Source of the DNA: Squalus acanthias
Taxonomy: Eukaryota
NCBI GenBank assembly: GCA_030390025.1
Contig: CM059432.1
Span: forward strand, 7,502,001-7,566,000
Direction of reading: 5' to 3'
DNA: 64,000 bases
A program made the position numbers and the translations under genes. The notes beneath the pieces were generated by a model. The model saw only the letters and a list, made by a program, of their open reading frames with translations. It was not told the DNA's origin and did no database searches. Position 1 is the first letter of the stretch; each line of letters begins with the position of its first letter. This document shows, in pieces, positions 23,698-36,060 of the stretch.

Positions 23698-24545
23698 ATA
23701 AAACTTGGAAGTATAGTGGACAGTGAGGAGGAGAGTGATAGACTTCAAGAGGACACAGACAGGCTGGTAGAACGGGCGGACATGTGGCAGATGAAATTTA
23801 ACGCAGAAAAGTGCGAAGTGATACATCTTGGTAGGAAGAACGAGGAGCGGCAATATAAACTAAAGGGTACAATCCTAAAGGATGTGCATGAACAGAGAGA
23901 CCTGGGGGTATATGTGCACAAATCATTGAAGGTGGCAGGGCAGGTTAAAAAAGCTTACGGGATCCTGGGCTTCATAAATAAAGGTATAGAGTACAAAAGC
24001 AAGGAAGTTATGATGAACCTGTATAAAACACTGGTTCGGCCTCACCTGGAGCATTGTGTCCAATTCTGGGCACCGCACTTTAGGAAGGATGTGAAGGCCT
24101 TAGATAGGGTGCAGAAAAGATTTACAAGAATGGTTCCAGGGATGAGGGACTTCAGTGGATAGATTGGCAAAGCTGGGGTTGTTCTCCTTAGAGCAGAGAA
24201 GGTTGAGAGTAGATAGAGAGATACTGTGCCCATTGGCGGAAGGGTCGAGAGAGGACACAGATTTAAAGTGATTGGCAGAAGAACCAAAGGCGACACGAGG
24301 GAAAACCTTTTTACATAGCGAGTGGTTAGGATCTGGAATTCACTGCCTGAAAGGGTGGTGGAGGCAGACTCGATCGTGGCTTTCAAAAGGGAGTTGGATA
24401 AGTACCTGAAGGAAAACATTTTGCAGGGCTACGGGGAAAGGGCAGGGGGAGTGGGACTGGCTGAAGTGCTCTTGCAGAGAGCCAGCACGGGCTCGATGGG
24501 CCGAATGGCCTCCTCCTGTGCTGTAAACATTCTATGATTCTATGG
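23698..24545 (+). mobile_element. CR1 LINE 3' portion
   Basis: WQMKFNAEKCEVIHLG...LVRPHLEHCVQFWAPHF; GATTCTAT tail. Confidence 0.9.
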
Positions 24546-25515
24546 TGGTAAATGAATGGAGCTGTTGGCCCAGAATTTGCTGGGGAAATAACGGTGAGTT
24601 TAACGGCGCTCGCCGTGATTCATGTGTAAATCTTTCAGCGACTTGTGGCGAGGAAGAGCTACTCCGTGAGTTGCGAATCGCCACCAGTCGCTGGATGATT
24701 TGCTCCACTCCGCCGTCAGCCTCGCGCAAACGGCAGCTCGCCCTCAACTTCCCCGTGAGCTTCAAGATATTGCTGCATTTGCGCATTAATTACCAATTAA
24801 ACTCGCCGCAGAAAGGTAGGGCCGCTACTTAACAACGTAAGGACCCAATTGATGACGAGGTTTATGTTCCTGCAATGCCACTCAACCTCTCCGGCCCAGA
24901 AAGGGAACAATTGAAACTGTGGAATCTCATTCTGACAGGTAGTCAATTGTTCCAAGAGGTGTAGACAATTTAAAATGTAAATTTTTTTTCTTATTTTTCT
25001 TTAATGTCTTTTTCTTTTCTCTCTCGTAATCCAATCTTTCTTTCCCTCTCTTTATTTCTCTTCCTGTACCTGATTTAACTCTAATTCAACCTATTTCCTT
25101 CTCCATCATTCCTCTGTCATCATTGTATGGATAGATTGGTTAGCTGGTCTGATGATTGGCGGGTATCATTTAACGTGGAAAAGCAAAATCATAAGATTAG
25201 GACATTAAGCAGTGGCAATGTGAACTATATTCTATTATTCTACAGAACATACCACAGTCGAGGAAGTTGAGGTTGTGGTGGATAGATCCTTGAAACCATC
25301 TCAGCTGGTCCGATCCCACTTGGAGCCCTTGTGTACTGTTCTGGCCACCATATTATGAGAAATACGTGCAGACATTGCACAGGAGCAGCAAAGGGCAACT
25401 AAATTGATCGCTGGGATTTGTCACCTGAATAATAGAGAGAGACGGAAGAAGCCTGGCATATTTACCTTGGAGAAGAGTAAGGCTTAGAGGTCATCTTTAT
25501 GAAGATCCTAAAGGG

Positions 25516-26490
25516 TATTAATGATCTAGACGAGGGAACTAGATGTAACATCTCCAAGTTTGCAGACGACACAAAGCTGGGTGGGCGTGTGTGCTGTGAG
25601 GAGGATGCAGAGAAACTCCAGTATGATTTGGACAGGTTGGGTGATTGGGCAGATGCATGGCAGATGCAGTATAATGTGGATAAATGCGAGGTTATCCACT
25701 TTGGTGGCAAAAACAGGAATACAGATTATTATCTGAACGGCAATAGATTGGGAAAAGGGGAAGTGCAACGAGATCTGGGAGTCCTTGTGCACCAGTCGCT
25801 GAAGGTAAGCATGCAGGTGCAGCAGGCGGTTAAGAGGGCAAATGGTATGTTGGCCTTCATAGCGAGTAGATTCGAGTACAGGAACAAGGATGTCTTGCTG
25901 CAGTTGTACAAGGCCTTGGTGAGACCACACCTTGAGTATTGTGTGCAGTTTTGGTCGCCTTATCTGAGGAAGGATGTTCTTGCCATGGAGGGAGTGCAGC
26001 GAAGATTCACCAGACTGATACCTGGGATGGCAGGAATGACGTATGAAGAGAGATTGGGTCGATTAGGCTTATATTCGCTTGAGTTTAGAAGAATGAGAGG
26101 GGATCTCATTGAAACTTATAAAATTCTAACAGGACTAGACAGACTAGATGCAGGAAGGATGTTCGATGGCGGGGGAGTCCAGAACCAGAGGTTACAGTCT
26201 AAGGATAAGGGGTAAGCCATTTCGGACTGAGATGAGGAGGAATTTCTTCACCCAGAGAGTGGTGAACCTGTGGAATTCTCTACCACAGAAGGCAGTTGAG
26301 GCCAATTCATTAAATATATTCAAGAAGGAGATAGATATATTTCTTAAAGCTAAAGGGATCAAGGGATCTGGGGAGAAAGCAGGGACAGGGTACTGAATTT
26401 GAATGATTAGCCATGATCGCATTGAATGGTGGAGCAGGCTCGAGGGGCCGAATGGCCTACTCCTGCTCCTATCTTCTATGTTTCTATGTA
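25516..26490 (+). mobile_element. CR1/HER1 LINE 3' portion (same subfamily as 7941-8878), preceded by an older CR1 relic at ~25120-25515
   Basis: INDLDEG...ISKFADDTKLGG RT motif, one frameshift near 26165, 3' UTR and tail. Confidence 0.92.
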
Positions 26491-26507
26491 TAGACATGAT
26501 AAATACT

Positions 26508-26940
26508 GGTGTCAGCTGTGGCTCAGTTGGTAGCTCCAGAGACTTGAGCACAAAAATCTCGGCTGACCCTCCCAGTGCAGGGCTGAGGGAGTGCTGCACT
26601 GTCGGAGGTGCCGTCTTTCGGATGAGATGTTAAACCCAAGCCCCCGTTTGCCCCCTCAGGTGGGCGCAAAAGATTCCACAGGCACTATTTCGAAGAAGAG
26701 CAGGGGAGATCTCCCCGGTGCCCTGGGCCAATATTTATCCCTCAACCAACATCACTAAAAACAGATTATCTGGTCAATATCACATTTGCTGTTTGTGGGC
26801 GCTTGCTGTGTGCAAATTGGCTGCTGCGTTTCCTACATTAAAACAGTGACTAGACTCCAAAAACTACTTCATTGACTGTAAAGTGCTTTGGGACGTCCTT
26901 AGATCGCGAAACGCGCTATATAAATGTAAGTCTTTCTTTC
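26508..26940 (+). mobile_element. Deu-domain SINE with internal deletion in head
   Basis: GTGGCTCAGTTGGTAGC joined directly to TCCAGAGACTTGAG; body and tail intact. Confidence 0.85.
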
Positions 26941-27190
26941 TAAATGCCAATGAATCCCTCTGTGACCGCTTCACAGAGAAGCCCAGAAATGGCCTCAGAC
27001 AGCCCCACCTCACCGCCCCCCTTCAAACTATGAATTCCGTCCAGGCTCAGGATTTTTGGGGCTTCCCACTTCCCCCTCACCCCACAAGCCTTTCCCACTT
27101 TCCACCTAATCATGTTGTATACATGCCTTTCTCCCTTCCTGCCCCCCTCCCCTCACCTTAACCCAAATCTTGTGCCTTAATGCTTTCAGA

Positions 27191-27841
27191 TAATCAGCAA
27201 GCAGCTGAGCAGCCTGTCCCTGAGGGCACCATAGAGAGCGAGGCGGGAGAAGAAGAGGAGGAAGAACACACCGCATCACTGCATGTCTCACCCACAGGCA
27301 CCAGCTCAGATACTGCCACTACACGTTCTTTAGAGGCTAGTATAGTAGTGGGATCTGCACAGGGTGAGGCACTGGGGACATGCGGGCTGCAGCAAGGCTG
27401 GAGGAAAGGGTAGCTCGGGGGCCAGCTCCCTGGAGGGCGAGTTTGCACGCGAGTTCTGCTACACAGGACTCAGAGGAGGACCTCGATGGGGAGGCATTTA
27501 GTAGAAGGGTGATGGGCATGCATACGGAGATGATAGGTGCAATGGCAAGGGTGCCCGAGAGCCTCTCGGCACTGGTAAGGAGCGTGGAGGAGTCCCCCTC
27601 CAACATTGCACAGAGCTCTGCGCACACCATGGAGCCCATCCTTGGCAGCCTGCAAAGGATGGTGGACTCCCAGAGAGACCGTGGGGACCCAGACCTCATG
27701 CCGCGTGTGATGGGCGACCTGGCAGCTTCCATTGCAGCACAGGCGGAAGCGACGCAACGTCTTAGTGCTGTAATGGAGTCTGTGCTTGGTGCCATCGATT
27801 CTCAGACTGCTCTCATGCAGTCTCAGCTTGATGCCACGTAA
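27191..27841 (+). pseudogene. Frameshifted exon-like coding relic, probably the C-terminal exon of a Harbinger Myb/SANT-type accessory gene
   Basis: Acceptor TGCTTTCAG at ~27190; ORF 27180-27413 (acidic EEEEEE, TSSDT) shifts into ORF 27380-27841 (DSEEDLDGEAFSRRVMGMHTEMIGAMARVPESL, helical). The Myb/SANT domain itself is absent; assignment is recalled similarity. Confidence 0.45.
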
Positions 27842-28554
27842 GCTCGGACTGCTGCCACCGCATTACCCCGAGGAGCCTGAACTGCATCCGTAGCAGACTG
27901 CTCATTCCTGCACTGGTGGAGCCTTCTCATTCTCCAAATGAACTACTGCCATGGCTTCTCTGCGTGAGTTTATTAACAATTGTGCTATGTTTGTGGGCAG
28001 ATTTAATCCCTTGATTAAAGCCGCCCAGAGTAATTCCTATTACGAGTTTTGCTTGACAAGGGTGACCAAAGTCAAACCTATCCGTCTGGGCTCCATTTTG
28101 ACTGAGTCACAAAGTCGCGAGGTTGTAATTCTAAGTCACCACATCACCCGGTTCACCGTGGTTAAATTTGATACACAGCATGCATGACACGTATTTCAGC
28201 GCCAAAACTGGCCAATTACCCGAAACCGTGTCTGACGGACCCAGACACTCGGCAGACTTCATTGACAGATCATTTATCTGAACTGACAATGTAATAAAGG
28301 AGTTCAGATCTGCAGTGTCCTGCTGTAATAATGATGGACAGGACAGCAGTCACTGTTACAGCTGTTAGGTCAGCTGAAGGTCTGCAAAGCTAAATACAGC
28401 ACAGATGGTGAATAAATGAAAGCAGCGTGAGCTGAATTAATTGCCGAATTGGTACCTGTCTGCTAATTGCTTTGGAGATGGCCATTGCTTGTCGCTTGTA
28501 TCAGCTTCCGTTCTGATGTAAATATTTGTCTGCCTGTTAATCTATTCATTTGTT

Positions 28555-29084
28555 TCTCTCTCTATCTATCGATCTATCTCTCTATCTCTCTCTCTATCTA
28601 TCTCTCTATCTATCTCTCTCTCTCTATCTCTCTATCTCTCTCTCTATCTATCTCTCTATCTATCTATCTCTATCTCTCTCTATCTATCTCTCTATCTATC
28701 TCTCTATCTCTCTCTATCTATCTCTCTATCTATCTATCTATCTTTCTATCTCTCTATCTCTCTCTCTCTCTATCTATCTCTCTATCTCGCTCTCTCTCTA
28801 TCTATCTCTCTATCTATCTCTCTCTCTATCTCTCTCTCTATCTATCTCTCTATCTCTCTCTATCTATCTCTCTATCTATCTCTCTCTATCTATCTCTCTA
28901 TCTATCTCTCTATCTATCTATCTCTATCTATCTCTCTCTCTATCTCTCTCTCTATCTATCTCTCTATCTCTCTATCTATCTATCTATCTATCTCTCTATC
29001 TCTCTCTATTCCTCTATCTATCTCTCTATCTCTCTATCTCTCTATCTATCTCTCTATTTATCTATCTCACTATCTATCTCTCTA

Positions 29085-29120
<36 letters not shown>

Positions 29121-29362
29121 TCTCTCTCTACCTATCTCTCTATCTATCTATCTATCTCTCTTACTCTATATCTCTTTCTCTATCTCTCTATCTATCTCTC
29201 TATCTCTCTATCTCTCTCTCTCTATCTCTCTCTCTCTCTCTCTCTCTATCCCTCTATCTATCTCTCTCTCTCCCTCTCTCTCCCTCTATCTATCTCTCTA
29301 TCTCTCTCTCTCTATCTATCTCTCTCTCTATCTCTCTCTCTATCTATCTATCTCTCTATCTA
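28555..29362. repeat. Compound (TCTA)n/(TC)n microsatellite, ~0.8 kb
   Basis: Almost exclusively TC and TA dinucleotides. Confidence 0.97.
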
Positions 29363-29689
29363 TTGTACCTACTTCAAAGTGCGGCAAGTTGACAGCGCCA
29401 AGTTATACTGCTTCCTCTGTACTGCTCTGTTTTTGGCTAACGTTTCAAGCACCAGTATGATTTATACACACCCAGAGTCAGTGTCCTAGAAATTCTTTGA
29501 TGCCGTGCCCATTAGACAGGCGTAAAACAAGCGCCTAAGCTCCCAACATGGCGGACAGCATGCACGCGTACATTCCGCGCCGGATGGGCACCGCCGGCCG
29601 TATCGGTAATGGCTCCAGTATAGGCGTCCGGGACTCACCCCTGAAACGGGAGTTGGGCCCTTAGTGTTGACGGAAGCGGAAGAATTTTG

Positions 29690-30287
29690 TCCTGTTCGAA
29701 CCTGAGCTGAGCTTCCAACCCCAGATCCTCTCCATCACCAAGACCGCCACTTTCCAATCTCCGTAAACTGGAGCTCATTCAAAACTCTGCTGCCCGTATC
29801 CTAACTCACACCAAGTCCTGTTCACCCATCACAACAACAACAACTTGCATTTATATAGCACCTTTAATGTAGTAAAATGTCCCAAGATGCTTCACAGGAG
29901 CGTTATCAAAGAAAATTTGACACCGAGCCACATAAGGAGATATTCGGACAGATGACCAAAAGCTTGGTCAAAGAGAGAGGTTTTACGGAGCATCTTAAAG
30001 GAGGAGAGAGAGGTAGCGAGGCAGAGAGGTTTAGGGAGGGAATTCCAGAGCTTAGGGCCTCGGCAGCTGAAAGCACGGCCGCCAATGGCGGAGCGATGAA
30101 AATTGGGGATACTCTGGAGGCCAGAATTGGAGGAGCGCAGATATCTTGGGGGGTTGTGGGGGCTGGATGAGGTTACAAAGATAAGGAAGAGCAAGGCCGT
30201 GGAGGGATTTGAAAACAAGGATGAGAATTTTAAAATCGAGGTGTTGCTGGACTGGGAGCCAATGTAGGTCAGCGAGCACGGGGGTGA
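29690..30287. mobile_element. L2 fragments (+ 29690-29830, - 29831-30287)
   Basis: MLADLHWLPVQQHLDFKILILVFKSLHGLA on minus; (CAA)n tail at 29831. Confidence 0.85.
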
Positions 30288-30897
30288 AAGAAGGTAAGAA
30301 TGGAATGCAAACTGGATCGCAATTATAATACTGTGAAAACAGTCACACAGTTGTTACCGATAACTGAAAGTGTATTTATATCATTTGCTTCATCCCAAGA
30401 TACACGAAACAGTCCAGCACAACACAGCTTTAAAAAAAAAGGAATTAAAAAATCTTTTTTGTAAAGGACCTTTAAAAACAACTGAGTCACCTCTAGCAGC
30501 ACGGCACAGTTTTTAACAGTTAATCGTTTCTGTAAAAACGGTTCGTCAATGAAGGCTTGCTTTTTAGCTCGAGACACTAGATGAACTGTGCCCTCCAGCT
30601 TATAGAAGGCATTACAAAGCTCTGAGCAGTAGACCTGATGAGGCGGATTTCACACCAAAGCAAAAGTGCTGGTCGCATTGATTGCAAAAAGGTGTTCGAG
30701 CCCCGGCATCTGATGAGGTGAAATAGGCTCTGAAACAATCGCTGAATTGGTTACTCGGCTCAAAAGAGCTTAAAACATCGATCGGCAAAAAGGCTTTAAC
30801 ATATCAGCTATAGCGAGGCAGCCCAAAGCTTTAATGAATAAATCCAGACTTTCGCAATTTATTAAAATGTTTAATGAATTGATCGGCTATTCGTTGC

Positions 30898-31343
30898 GTG
30901 TCAGTTGTGGCTCAGTGGGTAGCACCCTCGCCTCTGAGTCAGAAGGTTGTGGGTTCAAGTCCCACTCACAGGGACTTGAGCACAAAAATCTAGGCTGACA
31001 CTCCCAGTGCAGTACTGAGGGAGTGCTGCACTGTCGGAGGTGCCGTCTTTCGGATGAGCTGTTAAATCAAGGTCCCGTCTGCTCTCTCAGGTGGATGTAA
31101 AAGATCCCATGGCCACTATTTCAAAGAAGGAGTTCTCCCCGTTGCCCTGGCCAATATTTATCCCTCAATCAACATCACTAAAAACAGATGGTCATGATCA
31201 AAGTGCTGTTTGCGGAAGCTTGCTGTGCGCAGATTGGCTGCCACGTTTCCCGCATTACAACAGTGACTACACTTCGATGAGTACTTCATTGGCTGTAAAG
31301 CGCTTGGGACGTCCGGTGGTCATGAAAGGCGCTATATAAATGC
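30898..31343 (+). mobile_element. Full-length Deu-domain SINE
   Basis: A box TGGCTCAGTGGGTAG, B box GGTTCAAGTCC, body, L2-like tail. Confidence 0.9.
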
Positions 31344-31353
31344 TGGACATTTA

Positions 31354-31465
31354 ACAAAAGCAAAATATTGCGGATGCTGGACATCGGAAATAGAACATTC
31401 AGCCGGTCAGGCCGCATTAGTGGAGTGAGTTAACGTTTCAGGCCGATGACCTTTCATCAGAACCC
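31354..31465 (-). mobile_element. Penelope family 1 terminal fragment with hammerhead motif (31426-31465)
   Basis: Minus GGTT-CTGATGA-AAGGTCATCGGCCT-GAAA-CGTT-AACT followed by the diverged 3' tail. Confidence 0.7.
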
Positions 31466-32106
31466 GGGGCAGCTAACATTGGCAAAGACAGAAAAGAGAT
31501 TTGTTTAATGGAGATTTAAGCCTATTATTATTGATCAGTTCCTCAGTTAAGTGAGCTTGACTCTGTCCCACCCTCTGATTGCCTTTCTTCAGTCCAACCT
31601 CATGGATCTTCCCAACAACTCGTATGAACAGCAACACCAAGCGCTGAAAACAGAAACTTTTCGTCAACAACTCATTTCAGATTTGAATAACAGTTAATTG
31701 GAATAATTAAGAATCAATTAAGGTCAATTGAAAATTTAAAAACTGAGGTCGATACGTTTTTGTTAGGCAAGGGTATTAAGGGTTACAGAACCAAGGCAGG
31801 TAGATGGAGTTAAGATACAGATCAGTCATGATCTAATTGAATGGTGGAACAGTCTCGAGGGGCTGAATGACCTCCTCCTGTTGCTAATGTTCCTTTGTTT
31901 TTAGAGAGAGGAGTGGCTTCTTAAAACAGCTGCAGTTTGTCATGCAGAGTGTGTGGGGATGAGATAGGGGGATCAGGGAAAGAGAGGGTAAGTTATGAAG
32001 AAACCCTGAGCAAAGTCTCCTCCGGGGTTGTGACTCGCCCCCTGCCCGTGCTGTCCACCAAGTCCTGCTGAAGTGGGGGGAAGGTGTGCAGGCAGCCCCC
32101 GGCTTG

Positions 32107-32890
32107 TTTTTTTATTCGTTCGTGGGATCTGAGCATCGCTGGCAATGCCAGCATGTATTGCCAATCCCTAATTGCCCTTGAGAAGGTGGTGGTGAACCGC
32201 CTTCTTGTACCGCTGCAGTCCGTCTGGTGAAGGTATTCCCACAGTGCTGTTAGGGAGGGAGTTCCAGGATTTTGACCCAGCGACGATGAAGGAACGGCGA
32301 TATATTTCCAAGTCAGGATGGCGTGCGACTTGGAGGGGAACTTGGAGGTGGTGATGTTCCCATGCGCCTGCTGCCCTTGTCCTTCTAGGTGGTAGAGGTC
32401 GCGGGTTTGGGAGGTGCTTCCGAAGAAGCCTTGGCGAGTTGCTGCAGTGTATCTTGTGGATGGTACACACTGCAGCCACGAATTATACGCGTATACGAAC
32501 AAAGACAGACAAGTAAAGACCCTCTGGTTCATCGAGACTGTCCCACACAATTGCGATACCTTGTGTATCAGAATATATAGACTCCCCACCCCACCCGAAA
32601 TCATGTGATCTCCGGGGAGAGGCAAAAAAACTGATAAAAACCCAGGCCAATTTGGGGATAAAAAATCTGGGAACTTCCTCTCCGACCCATCTAGGCGATC
32701 GAAACTAGTCCAGGAGATCACTCTGGCCCTGAATTCCCTGCAGTACCTACCTTCTGTAAGAGGTGATCTCCGCCCCAGCCAGAAACAAATCCAGCTCTCG
32801 CTTGAAGAAATTCAGCGAGTCCGCGTCCACCGCACGGGACGGCAGCCTGTTCCAGAGGTCCACCAATCTCTGGGAAAAGAACCACCTCTT
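32107..32890 (-). mobile_element. 3' end of the second CR1-group LINE (32107-32479) plus 3' end of a third CR1 family with long 3' UTR (32480-32890)
   Basis: First part matches 53820-54200; second reads RWFFSQRLVDLWNRLPSRAVDADSLNFFKRELDLFL on minus. Confidence 0.75.
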
Positions 32891-33177
32891 TCCAAAAAGA
32901 ACTAAAATGCAATAATTGGTTTTATTAATAAGTTATGTTCATGCTGACCATCAGCTTTCATTCCATTCCTTCTTAGACTTCCTAATCTTCCTCTGTGCTT
33001 TCTTTCCATCTATAAGTCATTAAATGTGTATACCTTCATTGTACCCTATGTAAACGGTTCCTGAGCACTTCCTTTGCTAAGTCTGTCCGCACCTACTTGT
33101 TGTGTGTGTAATTACCTCTGATGCCTGTAGATAGCACTGCATAGGAGTTTCTCATCTTAGTGCACTTGGGACACCTC

Positions 33178-33812
33178 TTAAGAACATAAGAACATAAGAA
33201 CTAGGAGCAGGAGTCGGCCATTCGCCCCCTCGAGTCAATAAGATCATGGCTGATCTTCTACCTCATCTCCACTTTCCTGAACTATCCCCATATCCCTTAA
33301 TTCCCTTAATATTCAAAAATCTATCGATCTCTGTCTTGAATATACTCAACGACTGAGCCTCCACAGCCCTCTGGGGTAGAGAATTCCAAAGATTCACCAC
33401 CCTCTGAGTGAAGAAATTTCTCCTCATCTCAGTCCTAAATGGCCGACCCCTTATCCTGAGACTGTGACCCCTGGTTCTAGACTCCCCAGCCAGGGGAAAC
33501 ATCCTCCCTGCATCTACCCTGTCAAGCCCTGTAAGAATTTTGTATGTTTCAATGAGATCACCTCTCATTCTTCTAAACTCTAGAGAATATAGGCTCAGTC
33601 TACTCAATCTCTCCTCATAGGACAATCTCCCCATCCCAGGAATCAGACTGGTGAACCTTGGTTGCACTCCCTCTATGGCAAGTATATCCTTCCTTAGGTA
33701 AGGAGACCAAAACTGTCCACAATACTCCAGGTGTGGTCTCACCAGGGCCCGATATAATTGCAGTAAGACGTCTTTAGTCTTATACTCAAATCCTCTTGTA
33801 ATAAAGGCCAAA
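33178..33812 (-). mobile_element. CR1/HER1 LINE 3' portion
   Basis: ORF 33263-33898 LAFITRGFEYK...GDSSGKWR; TTCTTATG-type tail. Confidence 0.92.
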
Positions 33813-35288
33813 TGCTTACAAAAGCCCGTGATGTTCAACCACAGTCCCCACCGCTTATAGCGGACGAGTTCGCGCAAACGCGTTTTGCCCGCCACCACGT
33901 GATGGCCGGTATAACGCGGTAACGTTAGTAAAATATTTCATAATTTCATGGATATGCTCACTGTCACTTGTCAGGAACCTGGCAGTACAATGAGGCTATC
34001 TTGTGTCCATTTGGTTTTTGGCCCCGCGAGTTTCAAGAGTGTTTACACAACTGTAAAAGTGGAGTCCAATTGTAATGGGTTTGGGGAATGAAGGACACGC
34101 AAAGTGCCGTAGATCGGTTTTTAAACCTAATGGACTATACAAACATCCCATGATTCGGTTTTACCGTGCGTGAAGCCGTGTTTATTTAGTTAAAATTGGC
34201 CACCCGCAGCTGTGTGATGCTGCATCCTTCCCAAATCAAACGGTCCTAATTATAGGTATTGCCGACTTTAATCCCACCATGGCGTGTGCTCTGCTCTAGC
34301 AGTTGGTCGCCCGTGTTTTCCGTGCCTCATTAAACTGCTTTTGTTTCATCCAACTGGTTTCTGCACTACTTGTTAATGAGAAAACGCCTCAGGGTCTGCT
34401 CTGAGAATCAGGGCCTGAGGCAGTAACTCCCTTTACAAGAACAACAGGCCTGCTCTTTCGAATAAATAGAATTACGCAGAATTTACAGCACAGAAACAGG
34501 CCATTCAGCCCAACAGATCCTCCTATTCCTTTTTTCCCTCGTGTACTTATCTAGCTTCCTGATTTCATTTCAAAGAAATAATCAGGATAAAAGAGGCAGA
34601 TTAACCGGCCACTGCTCATGCTGCGCACGGGCCTCCTCCCACGTAGATGGTTAAAAGTGCATCGGGGTCTTATGTACATCACACGATTGCGATTTGCGTA
34701 GATTAACAAAGCTCTTCCTGCCTGATTCAGGTGGGTTCCAGGGATCCCCCCCCCCTCCCGCCACCAGCGGAATGCCCTGGGGAAAATCGGGGCGGTAATT
34801 CAACCATCTCGATTTCAACTTCTCTTCGGCCCCATTTCCGCTGGGCAGAGAGCGAGTTAAAATTCCCTCCCCGGACATCTTCACGCATTTCAGATGGCGC
34901 TCAAAACACCTCGCGTACAGTGAATTATGTTGCAGTACAGCGACTGTTGTTATGTAAGCGTCAGTGGATAGTTTACTGAAAGAATTGTAAATGTTGTTTA
35001 TAACAAGAAAAACCCAAATTGAAAAATCGTAGAACTTTAACTGGGCAGAAAGCAGCAAGATCACCAAAACTAACCAGAAGGCATTAAGGCTGGCATTACT
35101 TGATGTGCAAAGATTTTGACACAACTTCTTTTCGATGATTACAAGCGAGGAACTGTCTTTAATCTTACTCTGCCGTTACTTCTGATCTAAGGCCGGAATT
35201 CTCATCCTATATTCTTTCATCTGATCTTGCATTGGAGGCAGTTCAGGGAAGGTTCACGAGGTTGATTCCTGAGATGAGGGAGTTGACT

Positions 35289-35913
35289 TATAAATACCGT
35301 GGCAACAAGAGCAGGTCAGAGGCTGGGTATTCTGCGACGAGTGTCTCACCTCCTGACTCCCCAAAGCCTTTCCACCATCTACACAAGTAAGGAGTGTGAT
35401 GGAATACTCTCCATTTGCCTGGATGATTGCAGCTCCAACAACACTCAAGAAGCTCGTCACCATCCAGGACAAAGCAGCCCGCTTGATTGGCACCCCATCC
35501 ACCACCTTAAACATTCACTCCCTTCACCACCCGCGTACCGTGGCTGCAGTGTGTACCATCTACAAGATACACTGCAGCAACTCACCAAGGCTACTTTGGC
35601 AGCACCTCCCAAACCCGCGACCTCTTCCACCTAGAAGGACAAGGGCAGCAGGTGCATGGGAACACCACCACCTCCAAGTTCCCCTCCAAGTCACACACCA
35701 TCCTGACTTAGAAGTATATCGCCGATCCTTCATCGTCACTGGGTCAAAATCCTGGAACTCCCTCCCTAACAGCACTGTGGGAGTACCTTCACCACACAGA
35801 CTGCAGCGGTTCAAGAAGGTGGGTCAACACCACCTTCTCAAGGGCAACTAGGGATGGGCAATAAATGCTGGCCTTGCCAGCGACGCCCACATCCCATAAA
35901 CGAATAAAAATAA
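35289..35913 (+). mobile_element. Second CR1-group LINE 3' portion
   Basis: ATRAGQRLGILRRVSHLLTPQSLSTIY; homologous to 53570-54200. Confidence 0.85.
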
Positions 35914-36060
35914 AAGAAAGGTTGAGCAGGTTGGGCCTATACTCATTGGAGTTTAGAAGAATGAGAGGTGATCTTATTGAAACATATAAGATACTGAGGG
36001 GGCTCGGCAAGGTAGATGCAGAGAAGATGTTTCCCCTCATGGGGGAATCTAGAACTAGGG

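Noticed and set aside
28467..29489. 340-aa and 280-aa Leu/Ser/Ile/Tyr ORFs
   Set aside because: Translation of the TC/TA microsatellite, which lacks stop codons in these frames.
30898..30975. tRNA-like sequences at SINE heads (also 10610, 38026, 41810-41890, 46208, 62853)
   Set aside because: A/B boxes run directly into the SINE body with no complete cloverleaf; not tRNA genes.
33840..33930. CpG-rich patch CAGTCCCCACCGCTTATAGCGG...TATAACGCGG
   Set aside because: Might be a Tc1/pogo MITE end, but no matching second TIR or TSD was found.
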